Source: Candidatus Anderseniibacteriota bacterium
GTDB lineage: Bacteria; Patescibacteriota; Andersenbacteria; UBA10190
Direction of reading: 5' to 3'
Assembly (NCBI GenBank): GCA_040876835.1
Contig: JBBDOX010000018.1
Coordinates: 18,232 to 82,231 of the forward strand
DNA length: 64,000 bases
In this document: positions 28,127-38,698 of the stretch, piece by piece
How the letters are laid out: each line of letters begins with the position of its first letter
Position numbering within the stretch: the first letter of the stretch is position 1
The notes under the pieces: model-generated
Databases searched by the model: none
What the model was told of the DNA's origin: nothing
What the model saw: the letters and a program-made list of their open reading frames with translations, nothing else
Position numbers and translations under genes: made by a program

Positions 28127-29521
28127 ATGCCTAGAGCTACTCGCAAAGCCACCGATATTCGCGTACCCCCACATAACAATGAGGCTGAGGAGTCTGTTTT
28201 GGGCAGCTTGCTGATTGATAAAGATGCGATTGTAAAGATTGCTGACTGGCTTAAGCCCGAGGATTTCTACCAGAGCAAACACAACAAGATATACGATGCA
28301 ATGCTGCAGCTTTACGCTAAAGGTGAAGCTATAGATGTTGTCTCTGTTGCTAACCGTCTTAAGGAGCAAAAGCGTTTAGAAGACGTAGGTGGAGAATCAG
28401 CCGTGACATACCTGGCTACGATTGTCCCCACGGCCGGCAATGTTATCCACTACGGACGGATCGTTCAAAAGAATGCCACTCGTCGCCGGCTCATTTCCGC
28501 TGCTTCAGATATATCCGAAATGGGCTTTGATGAAGCGGAAGATATTGACATCGTTATGGATGACGCGGAAAAGAAACTATTTGAAGTATCCCAAGGACAT
28601 AAGCATGAACATTTTTCCAAGATTGCTGATGTCCTGGAAGAGGCTTTTACTCGTATTGATTTACTTCATAAAGGCGACGGCGGTTTGCGGGGCGTACCAA
28701 CCGGGTTTCGGGGCCTGGACGCTAAAATGGCTGGCTGGCAGCGCTCTGATCTCATCATCCTGGCCGCTCGGCCTAGTGTTGGTAAAACAACGCTGGCACT
28801 GGACTTTGCCCGCTATGCGGGGCTCGAAGGAGCTAAAGTAGGCATCTTCAGTTTAGAAATGAGTAAGGATCAGCTTGTGGATCGCATGCTGGCCTCCCAC
28901 GCCCACGTGGATTTATGGCGGTTGCGTACGGGCAAGCTTCAGGAGGGCGGCGAATTTGATGACTTTGCCCGACTGGGCCAAGCCATGAGCGAACTATCAC
29001 AAGCTTCGATATATATCGATGATCACGCTTCCGCCAATATTATGGGTATGCGCACAATGGCACGACGTATGCAGGCAGAACATGGGCTGGATTTACTCAT
29101 CATCGACTACCTACAGCTGATGGAGTCAAGCCGCTACAAGGATAACCGGGTGCAAGAGGTATCAGACATTTCTCGAGGACTTAAAAAATTGGCTCTGGAG
29201 TTAAAGGTTCCAGTCCTGGCTCTCTCCCAGCTTTCGCGAGCGGTTGAAATGCGCACCGATCAGCGCCCTAAGTTGTCTGACTTGAGAGAAAGCGGAAGTA
29301 TCGAACAAGATGCAGACGTCGTGATGTTCCTGCACCGACAGCAGTTTGAAGAAGGAGAAGAACGTCCCGAAGTGATGGAAGTCGATCTGCTCATTGAGAA
29401 ACACCGTAACGGCCCGACCGGTATGATCCCTCTGCAATTCCAAAGCAAATACGTTACGTATACCGAAGTGGATCAAATGCACATTCCCGAAGATACGCGG
29501 ACTCAGCCAGCAATGGCGTAA
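28127..29521 (+). CDS. dnaB: replicative DNA helicase
   Basis: AARPSVGKT, IIDYLQLM, SDLRESGSIEQDAD, KHRNGPTG. Confidence 0.99.
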   Translation: MPRATRKATDIRVPPHNNEAEESVLGSLLIDKDAIVKIADWLKPEDFYQSKHNKIYDAMLQLYAKGEAIDVVSVANRLKEQKRLEDVGGESAVTYLATIVPTAGNVIHYGRIVQKNATRRRLISAASDISEMGFDEAEDIDIVMDDAEKKLFEVSQGHKHEHFSKIADVLEEAFTRIDLLHKGDGGLRGVPTGFRGLDAKMAGWQRSDLIILAARPSVGKTTLALDFARYAGLEGAKVGIFSLEMSKDQLVDRMLASHAHVDLWRLRTGKLQEGGEFDDFARLGQAMSELSQASIYIDDHASANIMGMRTMARRMQAEHGLDLLIIDYLQLMESSRYKDNRVQEVSDISRGLKKLALELKVPVLALSQLSRAVEMRTDQRPKLSDLRESGSIEQDADVVMFLHRQQFEEGEERPEVMEVDLLIEKHRNGPTGMIPLQFQSKYVTYTEVDQMHIPEDTRTQPAMA

Positions 29522-29525
29522 GAAA

Positions 29526-29912
29526 TTACTGACTGTCCACCGTTTTTTCTACTTCCTCTACATCAACCGGCTTCCCTATCTGAAGCAGATGAATGATCCC
29601 ATAAGCAATCACGGCATATACGATCATTGCAATTAGGGTCGACCATTCCAGAACCGATCCCGCGAAAGAAGGTGTGGGGAAAATTGCCCGGAAGGGCGCG
29701 ATGAATGGAGCCGAGACACCGTAGACAAAGGAAACAAATCCGCTAGCCGGATTTGCTTCCAGCAAGCGCAGTAAAAATCTGAACGCCAACAATACTTCCA
29801 GAACACCGAGAATGTACCAGATAACCTGATAGGCGCGAAAAATAGCCTTCTTCTGTCGATATGCTTGCTGAGGAGCTTGCGGAGAAACTGGTTGTTGAGT
29901 GTATTGGGACAT
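29526..29912 (-). CDS. YggT-family membrane protein
   Basis: LAFRFLLRLLEANP..FV.FVY.VSAPF.APF. Confidence 0.8.
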   Translation of the reverse strand: MSQYTQQPVSPQAPQQAYRQKKAIFRAYQVIWYILGVLEVLLAFRFLLRLLEANPASGFVSFVYGVSAPFIAPFRAIFPTPSFAGSVLEWSTLIAMIVYAVIAYGIIHLLQIGKPVDVEEVEKTVDSQ

Positions 29913-30066
29913 AGGCTTTCAATTTAATTTTTAAGATGCGACTACTAATGACCGTTCTCTTAAAGACGGCTCCTGTCAAGGATAGATCTGTCAGAGCGCC
30001 TGACAGACTGTCGGTTCAGTCATTTGTCCTTTACGCTTTCGCCGCTTGGCTTTACGCTAAGGCAGT

Positions 30067-30669
30067 ATGAAATCTGTTCTCCCCAAGGTTGTCCGCGATT
30101 TGACGGAAGAGCTTACGCGGCTGCCCGGCATTGGTCCGAAAAGTGCCCAGCGTCTGGCCATTCACCTGTTGCGTCAGCCAAAAGCAGCCGTGCAGCAATT
30201 CGCGGCAACGCTTACCAACCTGCATGACTCCGTACATACCTGTACTATCTGTTACAACCTGGCCGAACAGGATACCTGTATAATTTGTCGTGATGCCAAC
30301 CGAGATGCTTCCGTAATTTGTGTAGTTGAAGACCCCCTGGATATTGAAGCGATTGAACGAACTGAGTCATACACCGGTCGCTACCATGTCCTGGGCGGTA
30401 TCCTGTCCCCCATGGAAGGCATAGGAGCGGAGCAACTCACTGTGCATGAATTATTTGATCGCGTCAGTCGGGAGAATATTACAGAAATTATTATTGCCTT
30501 AGATCACAGCATGGAAGCCGACGCGACAACACGGCACATTGTGACGTATTTACAGAACAAAGACGTGCGAATCACACGCTTGGCTCGGGGCCTGCCAACC
30601 GGTGGTGATATTGAATTCGCCGATGCCCTTACACTCTCCGCAGCTTTTTCTGGGCGAAAAGATCTGTAA
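30067..30669 (+). CDS. recR: recombination mediator RecR
   Basis: LPGIGPKSAQR, C4 zinc finger, TOPRIM CVVE. Confidence 0.98.
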   Translation: MKSVLPKVVRDLTEELTRLPGIGPKSAQRLAIHLLRQPKAAVQQFAATLTNLHDSVHTCTICYNLAEQDTCIICRDANRDASVICVVEDPLDIEAIERTESYTGRYHVLGGILSPMEGIGAEQLTVHELFDRVSRENITEIIIALDHSMEADATTRHIVTYLQNKDVRITRLARGLPTGGDIEFADALTLSAAFSGRKDL

Positions 30670-30704
30670 AAACGAAGACCCGCTTATTGTACGGGTCTTT
30701 CGTA

Positions 30705-31022
30705 TTATTTGTTTGCGATCTTGGTGATTTTAACTTCAGTGTAGTGCTGTTTGTGACCAAAATATTTCTTGTATCGCTTTTTGGCTTTCATCTTTACGCC
30801 AGTGATTTTCGGGTATCGGGCCTGGGAGACAACTTCTCCCTCTACTGTTGCGCCTTTGAGTAGTGGAGCGCCGACATCTGTCGTTTTGTCAGCAGTAGTT
30901 AGGAGGACTTCCTTAAAAGTGACTTTCTTCCCTTCCTCGGCAGAAAGCTTATCAACTTTTACAGTCTTTCCTTCTTCAACGAAGTACTGTTTCCCGCCTG
31001 ATTTGATTACAGCTGTTTTCAT
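30705..31022 (-). CDS. rplU: 50S ribosomal protein L21
   Basis: AVIKSGGKQY, GHKQHYTEVKI. Confidence 0.97.
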   Translation of the reverse strand: MKTAVIKSGGKQYFVEEGKTVKVDKLSAEEGKKVTFKEVLLTTADKTTDVGAPLLKGATVEGEVVSQARYPKITGVKMKAKKRYKKYFGHKQHYTEVKITKIANK

Positions 31023-31067
31023 AGCAATGGACCCAATGATGAGGCAAAACCGTTATTTTGTCAAAGA

Positions 31068-31535
31068 TTATTGAACCGTGACTACGGAGCCTACTTTAAT
31101 ACCATATTCCACGGCCCTACCGGCAGATACCTCCAGTACAGCCGTAACGGGATGGGGCGGTCTATATACTGTTAGCAGCTCCGTCTTATGATCCGTAGGC
31201 GGTGGAATATGAGCATCAACGGCCACTACCCGACCATCGGCGATCCAGACAATATCGATGGGAATGAGCATCCCTTTCATCCAAAAACCTGTTTCAGTGG
31301 GCCGCTGGTAGGGGAAGTACATACCCGCCTGATCAGGAATACTGCTGCATCCAGCCAGGCCGAGCTGCTGCTCTGCTGCTGTTGAGGCGATATTAACGGT
31401 GAGATGTATGTCCCCTACACTAACTACTCCCTGCTGAAAATCACGGCAGACTTGCCCACGAGATACAAGAAAAGCGCCACCGACTACTAACACTAATACT
31501 CCTAATACCACCGGCACCCAGATCTCAATTTTCAT
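31068..31535 (-). CDS. DUF192 protein
   Basis: GL..GMYF..FWMKGMLIPIDIVWI..VLEV.AG. Confidence 0.9.
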   Translation of the reverse strand: MKIEIWVPVVLGVLVLVVGGAFLVSRGQVCRDFQQGVVSVGDIHLTVNIASTAAEQQLGLAGCSSIPDQAGMYFPYQRPTETGFWMKGMLIPIDIVWIADGRVVAVDAHIPPPTDHKTELLTVYRPPHPVTAVLEVSAGRAVEYGIKVGSVVTVQ

Positions 31536-31544
31536 ACATCTGCT

Positions 31545-32549
31545 TTAAGAAGATCGTGCCTGTAGTATGACATGAAGTGACGCAAGAAAAAATCCGATAC
31601 CAACCACGATAAGCAATGCGATTTTTACCGGAGTTGTAGCCGCAATGCTGATCGCCCCTAATAGGCCAGATATTACGACGGCCAGCAGGACGATAGTGCG
31701 GGCGGAGAAGCCGGCGGACAAAAGCCGGTGATGAAGATGCGAGACCCGATCGCCCTGCCAGGGTCGCTGCCCGGAAAACAGGCGCTTGGTAATTACAAAC
31801 AGTGCATCAATAGCCGGAAGCGCTAACACCAGGGCGGTGGTTACAATCTTTCCCCCGCCATGCATAGCCACCAACGCAATGTACATTCCCAGAAACCAGG
31901 CTCCTGTTGTTCCTAGGTACACTTTGGCCGGTGGATAGTTCCAGATTAAGAAGGCGACGCTACCCGCGAGTCCAACCCCCGCTAATGCGAGGGTTGTTTT
32001 GTCTTGTGTTTGTGGCAGGAGGCTCACAACAATTAAAGCAACAAAGGCCACAGAGACAACACTGCCGGCTAATCCATCCAGTCCATCCACCCAGTTGATG
32101 GCATTCATGAAAAATATGATCCAGAAAAAAGCCAGGATGCTGCCTGGGAGTATCAACAGTCCTACTTGCTGCCAGGCCAAGTTAATTATTCCTTCACCGG
32201 CCGGATTGGTGATGTAGGGAATTGTCCAGCCGGCCAGGGTCAGCACGGCTGCAATTACAACCTGCCAGAATAACTGACTGCCGGCCGACAGCTTCATCAC
32301 CTCGTCTGCTTTACCGGCAATGATTATAACCAACGACGCCAGAACTAATCCGTATGTTAAGCGGATGTCATCGATAACAAGGAACGCTGTTAAAGGGATG
32401 ACTACGGCCAGGACCATTCCGATAGAAGGGACGGCGTGCTGTCTTTTTTCTTTGCCGATACTGCCGATCAGCAGGTACGTTATTACGAACGCCCCCAATA
32501 ATAAGTACAGATGCCAGGAAGTTATAAGCTGTGTATCAAATTGAATCAT
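31545..32549 (-). CDS. MraY/WecA-family polyprenyl-phosphate sugar-1-phosphate transferase
   Basis: NAINWVDGLDGLA, NYPPAKVYLG, HLHHRL. Confidence 0.9.
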   Translation of the reverse strand: MIQFDTQLITSWHLYLLLGAFVITYLLIGSIGKEKRQHAVPSIGMVLAVVIPLTAFLVIDDIRLTYGLVLASLVIIIAGKADEVMKLSAGSQLFWQVVIAAVLTLAGWTIPYITNPAGEGIINLAWQQVGLLILPGSILAFFWIIFFMNAINWVDGLDGLAGSVVSVAFVALIVVSLLPQTQDKTTLALAGVGLAGSVAFLIWNYPPAKVYLGTTGAWFLGMYIALVAMHGGGKIVTTALVLALPAIDALFVITKRLFSGQRPWQGDRVSHLHHRLLSAGFSARTIVLLAVVISGLLGAISIAATTPVKIALLIVVGIGFFLASLHVILQARSS

Positions 32550-32552
32550 AGA

Positions 32553-34205
32553 CTAGGCCCGCTCCTTGCGAGTTTTCTGCATGACGTTGAAGTGCAGGTC
32601 CCGCCCGAACATCAGGCGCGTTTCCGCATCTAGGGCCGGAAATGCTGAGAGCACTGTAGCAATAGCTGGAACTAATACCCACTGGCCGATCAGCAGCACG
32701 TACTGCCAGAAGCTTTGATTATGTGATTTACGGGGAATGAGTAAAAGCGTTAAGGTAGCCGAAATAATTAACCCGCTCATAGCAACAGTCATCAAAGATC
32801 GGGTTACGAACGGCAAACTGTAGGATAATACTGTGGATTGAAATCCAACGCCTCCGAATATCACCGGCAGCCACCCCAATCCCGCCACTAAAATCGCGGC
32901 CGTGGCCCAGGAGTAATGCCCTTCAAGTGTGCGGAATAAATACACAAATTTTGTAGAGGCACGTATATTTTTATTCGCCCAGAAGCCCTCGACCAGAAAC
33001 GGGAAGTTCTCTATTCCCCACGCCCAGCGGCGTTTCTGCTTGTACTGATTTTTTAGTGTCTGCCACCAGCTGGCAGCCAGCGCCGCATCCATCGATACCG
33101 TCATGTAAAGAGGTTCTGTCCGGTACATACCATCGTAATGAAGCAAGGCTTGCCAAAAAATGCGGGAATCTTCAGATACAATATCGCGCTGCCAGTAGCC
33201 CACATCTTTTAAGGCCTGTAGCGTCATCGAGTGACTGGAAAAAGTAACCAGTCGTTCTGGACGCGTAGACTCAATCATCTGCCAGAAGGTGGAGCCCATG
33301 GCAATCACGCGGGAGAACGCCGGCGCATCCCACAGGTTATTGGTATATATCGGGATCGGCTGATAGCTAAGGCGGTACCGATCCTGGTTGGTAATAAAGG
33401 CGTACGTTAGATAAGCGAAGTACTCCGGCGGAGCAACGGTATCGCTGTCGAAGTTACTGACTAGAATTTGCTTAGTGGCAATCCCCTGTTTTGTGAGTTT
33501 TTCTTCCAAGCGCTGAATTGCCCAGCTGGCGTTGGCACTTTTTACTTTCTTTTCACCCGGCAACCCATCGGGATGAAAAGTTGTAAGAAATGTTTTAAAT
33601 TGCTGACCAAATTCCTTCGTAAGCTGAGCTGCTCTTTCTTTGGCCTCTTTGCCGGCTCGCTCTTCAAACCCGACCACCACGTGCATCTGTTCTTTGGGAA
33701 AAGTTGTTCTGGCTAGTGCCTGGAGGGTAGTACGCAGGACAACTAAAGATTCATCATACGTCGGTACCACGACAGCGTGATGAACCTGTTTCCAGTCAAA
33801 TATATTGTGTCCCGATTTAACCAGCCGCTGCACGCGAGTATATTCGTGAGAAGCCTGTCGTTTCTGTTTACCGTTGAGGTGATTATCTGCTGACATCGCT
33901 TTCAGCTCGGAGGCATACTCCCCTATATCACGCGAGACTTTTTCGCAACGCTCGAGCCAGTTGATTCCTTCATATTCTTTGAGTCGGTAATAGGCATACA
34001 GCAGGTGAATCGTCATATATACAATTCGCACTAACAGGTAGACGTCGTAGGCAATGATAAAGATGGCGATCCAGAACGGCAGGATAAATGACAATACCGT
34101 TAAGGCAATCAGAGTCGTCCACGACAAAAATCCGGGGATGGTTTGCCATACGCGCTTGCGCAGATGCGCTGGATCGACTTCAATTGTCACTCCCAAATCA
34201 GACAT
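32553..34205 (-). CDS. membrane-bound glycosyltransferase family 2
   Basis: DSD, SED, QKRRWAWG (QxxRW); multiple TMs. Confidence 0.9.
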   Translation of the reverse strand: MSDLGVTIEVDPAHLRKRVWQTIPGFLSWTTLIALTVLSFILPFWIAIFIIAYDVYLLVRIVYMTIHLLYAYYRLKEYEGINWLERCEKVSRDIGEYASELKAMSADNHLNGKQKRQASHEYTRVQRLVKSGHNIFDWKQVHHAVVVPTYDESLVVLRTTLQALARTTFPKEQMHVVVGFEERAGKEAKERAAQLTKEFGQQFKTFLTTFHPDGLPGEKKVKSANASWAIQRLEEKLTKQGIATKQILVSNFDSDTVAPPEYFAYLTYAFITNQDRYRLSYQPIPIYTNNLWDAPAFSRVIAMGSTFWQMIESTRPERLVTFSSHSMTLQALKDVGYWQRDIVSEDSRIFWQALLHYDGMYRTEPLYMTVSMDAALAASWWQTLKNQYKQKRRWAWGIENFPFLVEGFWANKNIRASTKFVYLFRTLEGHYSWATAAILVAGLGWLPVIFGGVGFQSTVLSYSLPFVTRSLMTVAMSGLIISATLTLLLIPRKSHNQSFWQYVLLIGQWVLVPAIATVLSAFPALDAETRLMFGRDLHFNVMQKTRKERA

Positions 34206-34216
34206 AGACGCGTTAT

Positions 34217-34564
34217 CTAGTTAACCCGCAACAATAAGACAAAGGCTGCCAAGAGCGCAACCTCTAAAATAGGCAGGGCGGCGGTTAGGATCCATACTGC
34301 CCTAATACTGGCTCTACGCAACCCATAGGCCACAAGGACGTTCAAAATGAGGATACTGCTGCCAATAGCGGGTATGCGCAAGATCCAGTCCCCTTCCCCC
34401 ACAAAGTCCACGCCATTGCCGACACTGTAATGCAAAATCACGGCTGGCGCCTGATGTGGAAAGAGCCGGAGAGCCAGGACCCAGTTAGTAATGTTAATAA
34501 TAGCGCTGGCTGCCACGGTCAGAGCGATCGGATGCCGGGCAACTTTCTGAACGAAACTGTTCAT
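34217..34564 (-). CDS. hypothetical membrane protein
   Basis: three TMs, ILHYSV..GVD motif. Confidence 0.75.
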   Translation of the reverse strand: MNSFVQKVARHPIALTVAASAIINITNWVLALRLFPHQAPAVILHYSVGNGVDFVGEGDWILRIPAIGSSILILNVLVAYGLRRASIRAVWILTAALPILEVALLAAFVLLLRVN

Positions 34565-34567
34565 ATA

Positions 34568-35881
34568 CTATATTCCCTCTTTGGCATACTCGTCCGCCAC
34601 CGCCATTACCCGGTCGATATACCAGCTGTAGTACTGCCAATTAGGACCGGCAATGTATCGGCCAACTGCTTCGCGCTCTCCTTCCGGACGGGCCGCCCCC
34701 CGATCAGCCAGGAATATCGCTGTGGCAACAAACGCATCAGTTAGTTCGTAGGGATTGACTGGGGATTTACCCGTCAGCTGCTCAAGCCGGGGCTCAATTG
34801 CCTCCCAGGTCGCCGGCATGATTTGAGCTGGTCCCATTGCTCCTCCCCAACCTTTCAAGCTTTTTGGACGGGCAGAAATTTGAGCTGTCTTCCGATCAAG
34901 ACCAAGCTTATCTGTAATCCGAACAAAAGCTTCCCGGCTACCGGGATGCATATCATCTGGATATACTCCGCTCCCCAGATTATTTCCGACATTGGATTCT
35001 ACTTTTAAAACCCCCAGGAGCAACGACGCTCGAACGCCAGTAAGCTTGCTGGCGTAGCGGGCCATATCAAAAGCATTTTCCAGCGTTACTTTTACTCCCG
35101 CATCTTTTAGGGTAAAGACATGTTCCTCAATTTCCTTGCGGGCATCCTGAGCTTCTTTGATCTTTTGCTCATAGGCTGCTTGCTCTTCTTTTTTGGCCGC
35201 TAGGAATTTTTCCTGCTCAGCTTCCTTGTTGGCCACTTCTGATTTTTGAGCTGAGAGTAAATCTGCAAGCTGTCCTAAGTCCTGCTCCTGTTGCTCAAGC
35301 TGCTGTTGCTGAGCGGTGAGCTCCTCTTCCTGAACATGCATCTCTTTAATAACGGTAATGGTTCGTTCCTGTAGCTCCGCATAGGCTGCGCGTACACTTA
35401 GAACCTCGCTTAAGCTCGAGGAGTCGAAAAATATACGGATAAATGAATCCTGCTCCTGTTGATACAGCGCACGCAGTAATGAACGTAGCTGATCACGCTT
35501 CAGTTCAATCTCTTGCTGTAACAATCCAACCTGTTCTTTCGCGGTAAGCTGCTCTGTCTGAACTTTTTGAATGGTCAAGGTTGTTTGTTTGAGTTCCAAC
35601 TGAGCTTTGGCTAGCTCCCCCTCAAGCTGCTTAACCCTACTGGCAATAATCTCTGCCTCCGCCGCCGTCTGATCACGCTTGCCGGCCAGATTCTGGATCT
35701 GCTTATCAATCTCGGCAATTTCGGCCTGTTTGGCCGCAATTTCCTGCTGAGTTTTGGTCAGTTCATCAACCTTGTCTACCGTGGGGGTCGGCGTGGGAGA
35801 TTCTTCCTGGGCATGCGCAAACAGGACTCCGCCCCAGAGCCCGACTAATGCCACCGTTAAACCAACGCGTAGAATACGCAT
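34568..35881 (-). CDS. coiled-coil protein with C-terminal lytic transglycosylase domain
   Basis: signal peptide, long coiled coil, VES...GGAMGPAQIMPATW. Confidence 0.85.
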   Translation of the reverse strand: MRILRVGLTVALVGLWGGVLFAHAQEESPTPTPTVDKVDELTKTQQEIAAKQAEIAEIDKQIQNLAGKRDQTAAEAEIIASRVKQLEGELAKAQLELKQTTLTIQKVQTEQLTAKEQVGLLQQEIELKRDQLRSLLRALYQQEQDSFIRIFFDSSSLSEVLSVRAAYAELQERTITVIKEMHVQEEELTAQQQQLEQQEQDLGQLADLLSAQKSEVANKEAEQEKFLAAKKEEQAAYEQKIKEAQDARKEIEEHVFTLKDAGVKVTLENAFDMARYASKLTGVRASLLLGVLKVESNVGNNLGSGVYPDDMHPGSREAFVRITDKLGLDRKTAQISARPKSLKGWGGAMGPAQIMPATWEAIEPRLEQLTGKSPVNPYELTDAFVATAIFLADRGAARPEGEREAVGRYIAGPNWQYYSWYIDRVMAVADEYAKEGI

Positions 35882-35915
35882 ATGTGTCTTACCAGCATAC
35901 CAAATTTAAGCGGTA

Positions 35916-36365
35916 TTACCCTATTCCAATTCCCCGGACAAAATCCTGCCACTCACTACTGCTGCCTGATTCATCACTAAAACGTGACCAAGCTTCCTGG
36001 GGAGTGAGAATATCAATTCCATCTATATGTCCTACGTCTAGCAAATGGCGATCACTCGTGACTAAAGCCTGTGCTCCTCCACCGACTGCTGCCTGGAGGA
36101 ATTTGTAATCATCGGGATCATCAATCTCTATTTCCACTCGCACGGGCTCTACTTCAGTGGCCATATGCAGAAAATCCTCTATGCGATCAGTATAGTGGGG
36201 GTCTTCAATCAACCGGCGCAGAATATTGCGGTATTCTCGCACTACTGCCGACGTTACCAGGGCCTGCAGCTCTCCGTCTCGCACTGCTTCAACAAGCTTG
36301 GCCTGGGCGCTGAAGTCGTCCTGGAATCCGTCAATCAATACATTAGTGTCAAATACGTGTTTCAC
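35916..36365 (-). CDS. PIN-domain protein
   Basis: VFDTNVL, DPDDYKFL, LVTSDRHLL; probable GTG start at 36365. Confidence 0.88.
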   Translation of the reverse strand: MKHVFDTNVLIDGFQDDFSAQAKLVEAVRDGELQALVTSAVVREYRNILRRLIEDPHYTDRIEDFLHMATEVEPVRVEIEIDDPDDYKFLQAAVGGGAQALVTSDRHLLDVGHIDGIDILTPQEAWSRFSDESGSSSEWQDFVRGIGIG

Positions 36366-36485
36366 ACCAGCAGCGTAAAGTGTTTCAGCCAAAAAGCAAG
36401 ATGTGTGGATAACGCTCGTACATTTATCAACAATTTTTTGTATAATGTATGCATATCTCTTTTATCCTTCGCCGCACACTTATAT

Positions 36486-37103
36486 ATGTACAGTGATCTT
36501 ACAAAAAAACAGAGCGAGGCGCTTAATGTTATCCGGGAATTTTTATCAGAACATAACTATGCGCCTAGCTATCGCGACATTATGAAAATGATGGGGATTA
36601 AATCCCCCGCTACTGCTTACGCTCATGTGCAGCAGTTAAAGGAGAAAGGATACATTCGTTTGCGTAACGGTGAGATGCGTTCGGTTGAACTAACGGAGAA
36701 ATCCAATATGTTTATTAAAGGCGTAGAGTTGCCGCTGCTGGGAGCCATTGCAGCTGGAGCTCCAATCGAAGCAATTGAAGGACGAGAAAAGATGACCGTG
36801 CCACTGGAGCTGTTACCCAACCTGAACTGTTACGTATTGCAGGTGAAAGGCGAATCAATGATTGAAGACGGGATTCTTGACGGGGATTTCGTTATCATTG
36901 AGCGTAATTTTTATCCTAACAATGGCGATGTGGTTGTGGCGCTGCTTGATAATGAAAATGCTACGCTCAAAAAATACTATCGGGAGAAAGAACGTATTCG
37001 ATTGCAGCCGGCCAATAAGACAATGAAACCTATTTATACTAAAAACCCCGTTATCCAGGGTATTGTCCGGGCTGTACTGCGTCGGTACGCTGATGAAGCG
37101 TAA
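36486..37103 (+). CDS. lexA: SOS repressor LexA
   Basis: APSYRDI wHTH, IAAGAP cleavage site, GESMI, ATLKK; start at ATG 36486. Confidence 0.96.
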   Translation: MYSDLTKKQSEALNVIREFLSEHNYAPSYRDIMKMMGIKSPATAYAHVQQLKEKGYIRLRNGEMRSVELTEKSNMFIKGVELPLLGAIAAGAPIEAIEGREKMTVPLELLPNLNCYVLQVKGESMIEDGILDGDFVIIERNFYPNNGDVVVALLDNENATLKKYYREKERIRLQPANKTMKPIYTKNPVIQGIVRAVLRRYADEA

Positions 37104-37250
37104 AAGTAAATAAGAAAGTGGCCACCGGAGGGCCACTCCTTTATTATAGCATTGTTTTAGGTATCTTGTCAAGACTTTTATTTTAGTGTTAGAATATAGG
37201 TAGTCGCTGTCCTCTTTTCTCCCTTTCGTGTTCGCGAACGGACTTTACCC

Positions 37251-37481
37251 ATGGGAAGGTACTGGTTGTTGCGATCCAAGGTCAAGCGGCTCATCACCTG
37301 GCCATGGCGAGCGTTTCGCCACACCGTCCTGGATGAGCTGTGGTTTCGGCGCCTCTCCGACGAGGAGCGAAGACTGTGGCTCATCGCCTGCTTCAAGGAA
37401 GGCAATGATTACCGTGGCATCGTTCGCCGTCACAGCAGGGCGCTTCAGGCCAAGCAGAAACATCTGACTCCGCTTGCTTGA
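37251..37481 (+). CDS. small basic hypothetical protein
   Basis: GC-rich ORF between two terminators; start codon uncertain. Confidence 0.45.
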   Translation: MGRYWLLRSKVKRLITWPWRAFRHTVLDELWFRRLSDEERRLWLIACFKEGNDYRGIVRRHSRALQAKQKHLTPLA

Positions 37482-37533
37482 CGGATGATCCCCTCTTCTG
37501 CCCTCTCCCCCCTCCTCACTCTTGGAGGGTTTT

Positions 37534-38586
37534 TTATTCAACCGGTATTTTCTCGACGAGCACTGGCGCTTCGCTGTTCGTCTCAATCTGATCAAGCCGA
37601 TTTGTAAACTTATCCAGACGCCGGGCAGAATCGTCATATCGGTTCTTGGCATTCGTTAAGTGAGTACCAACAGTGGTGAAATCTTCCGCAAACTTTCCGA
37701 AATCCTGACGCAGCTGGCCGATGTGTTGCAGTATCTCTCTGGCCTGTTGCTCAATTTTCATGCCACGTAGCCCAACCAGCACGGTCTGCAGGTACGCTAA
37801 GAAACTATTGGGCGATACCGGAATAACATGGTGGGCTAAACAGAATTCCCACAGACTGCCGCCGTCGGCATCCTTGACCATGGTTTCGTAATACACGCCT
37901 TCGAGCGGGATATACATGAAGGCATAATCAAGTGTCTGCTCCTGGGAGGAGATATACTTTTTTGAAATATCCTTTATATGTCTTTTCACATCCCGCAACC
38001 ACTCTTTCCGCAGGTGTATTTTCTGTTCCTCCTCTTGCTCGTGCATAAAGGCTTCATAGTTAGCCAGCGGAAACTTGGCATCTATGGCTACAATGTGTCC
38101 ATCCTGAAGTTTAATAACGGCATCGGCAATCTCTCCCGTGCTGCGCATTACGTACTGCAAATCAAACCGGTCCTGCGGCAAAACCTCGGTCATCAGGTTA
38201 CCCAGTAGCACCTCCCCAAAACTGCCCCGCACCTTCGGGCTTCGAAGCATCGTCTGAAAGGAGGCAATCTCATCGCTGGTTTTCTGAAGAGTGGTAGTGG
38301 CTTCTGCCAGCTTTCCCAGGCCAACTGATACGGAACGCACACTGCGCTCGGCGGCACTTACCCGGTTTGCTAGGAAGTCCTTTGATTCATTCATGGCCCG
38401 AACATTCTCTTGTAGTCGTCGATCAACTTGCTGCCCTACGCGATCTAGCTGCTCGGACATTAATCGCTGCAGGGCGATAAACTGTTCGTTTGCGTTATCA
38501 GAACGATTCATTTTCCGGCTGAGCAGCCATACAGCAACTGCCCCCACAGCCCCGCCGATGATGATGTATATAATTTGTTCGGTCAT
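37534..38586 (-). CDS. rmuC: DNA recombination protein RmuC
   Basis: RGSFGEVLL, IDAKFPL, FMYIPLE. Confidence 0.95.
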   Translation of the reverse strand: MTEQIIYIIIGGAVGAVAVWLLSRKMNRSDNANEQFIALQRLMSEQLDRVGQQVDRRLQENVRAMNESKDFLANRVSAAERSVRSVSVGLGKLAEATTTLQKTSDEIASFQTMLRSPKVRGSFGEVLLGNLMTEVLPQDRFDLQYVMRSTGEIADAVIKLQDGHIVAIDAKFPLANYEAFMHEQEEEQKIHLRKEWLRDVKRHIKDISKKYISSQEQTLDYAFMYIPLEGVYYETMVKDADGGSLWEFCLAHHVIPVSPNSFLAYLQTVLVGLRGMKIEQQAREILQHIGQLRQDFGKFAEDFTTVGTHLTNAKNRYDDSARRLDKFTNRLDQIETNSEAPVLVEKIPVE

Positions 38587-38698
38587 TGTTCCTATTATAT
38601 ATCACCTGTTCCGGAAGAAAAAGATTTCGAAGGTTGCAATGCTTGTTCTGTTTCTTAAAGATCAATTCAGGATATATAATGCGTAGCAAATAATCTGA

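Noticed and set aside
29968-30015. CTGTCA/TGACAG repeats and hairpin between yggT and recR
   Set aside because: Too short to call a mobile repeat or operator; probably part of the divergent promoters
789-31022. rplU and rpmA separated by 30 kb
   Set aside because: Simple rearrangement of a usually adjacent pair; both genes look intact
36165-36485. 107-aa N-terminal extension on LexA in the ORF track
   Set aside because: It overlaps the PIN gene on the opposite strand; LexA homology begins at ATG 36486
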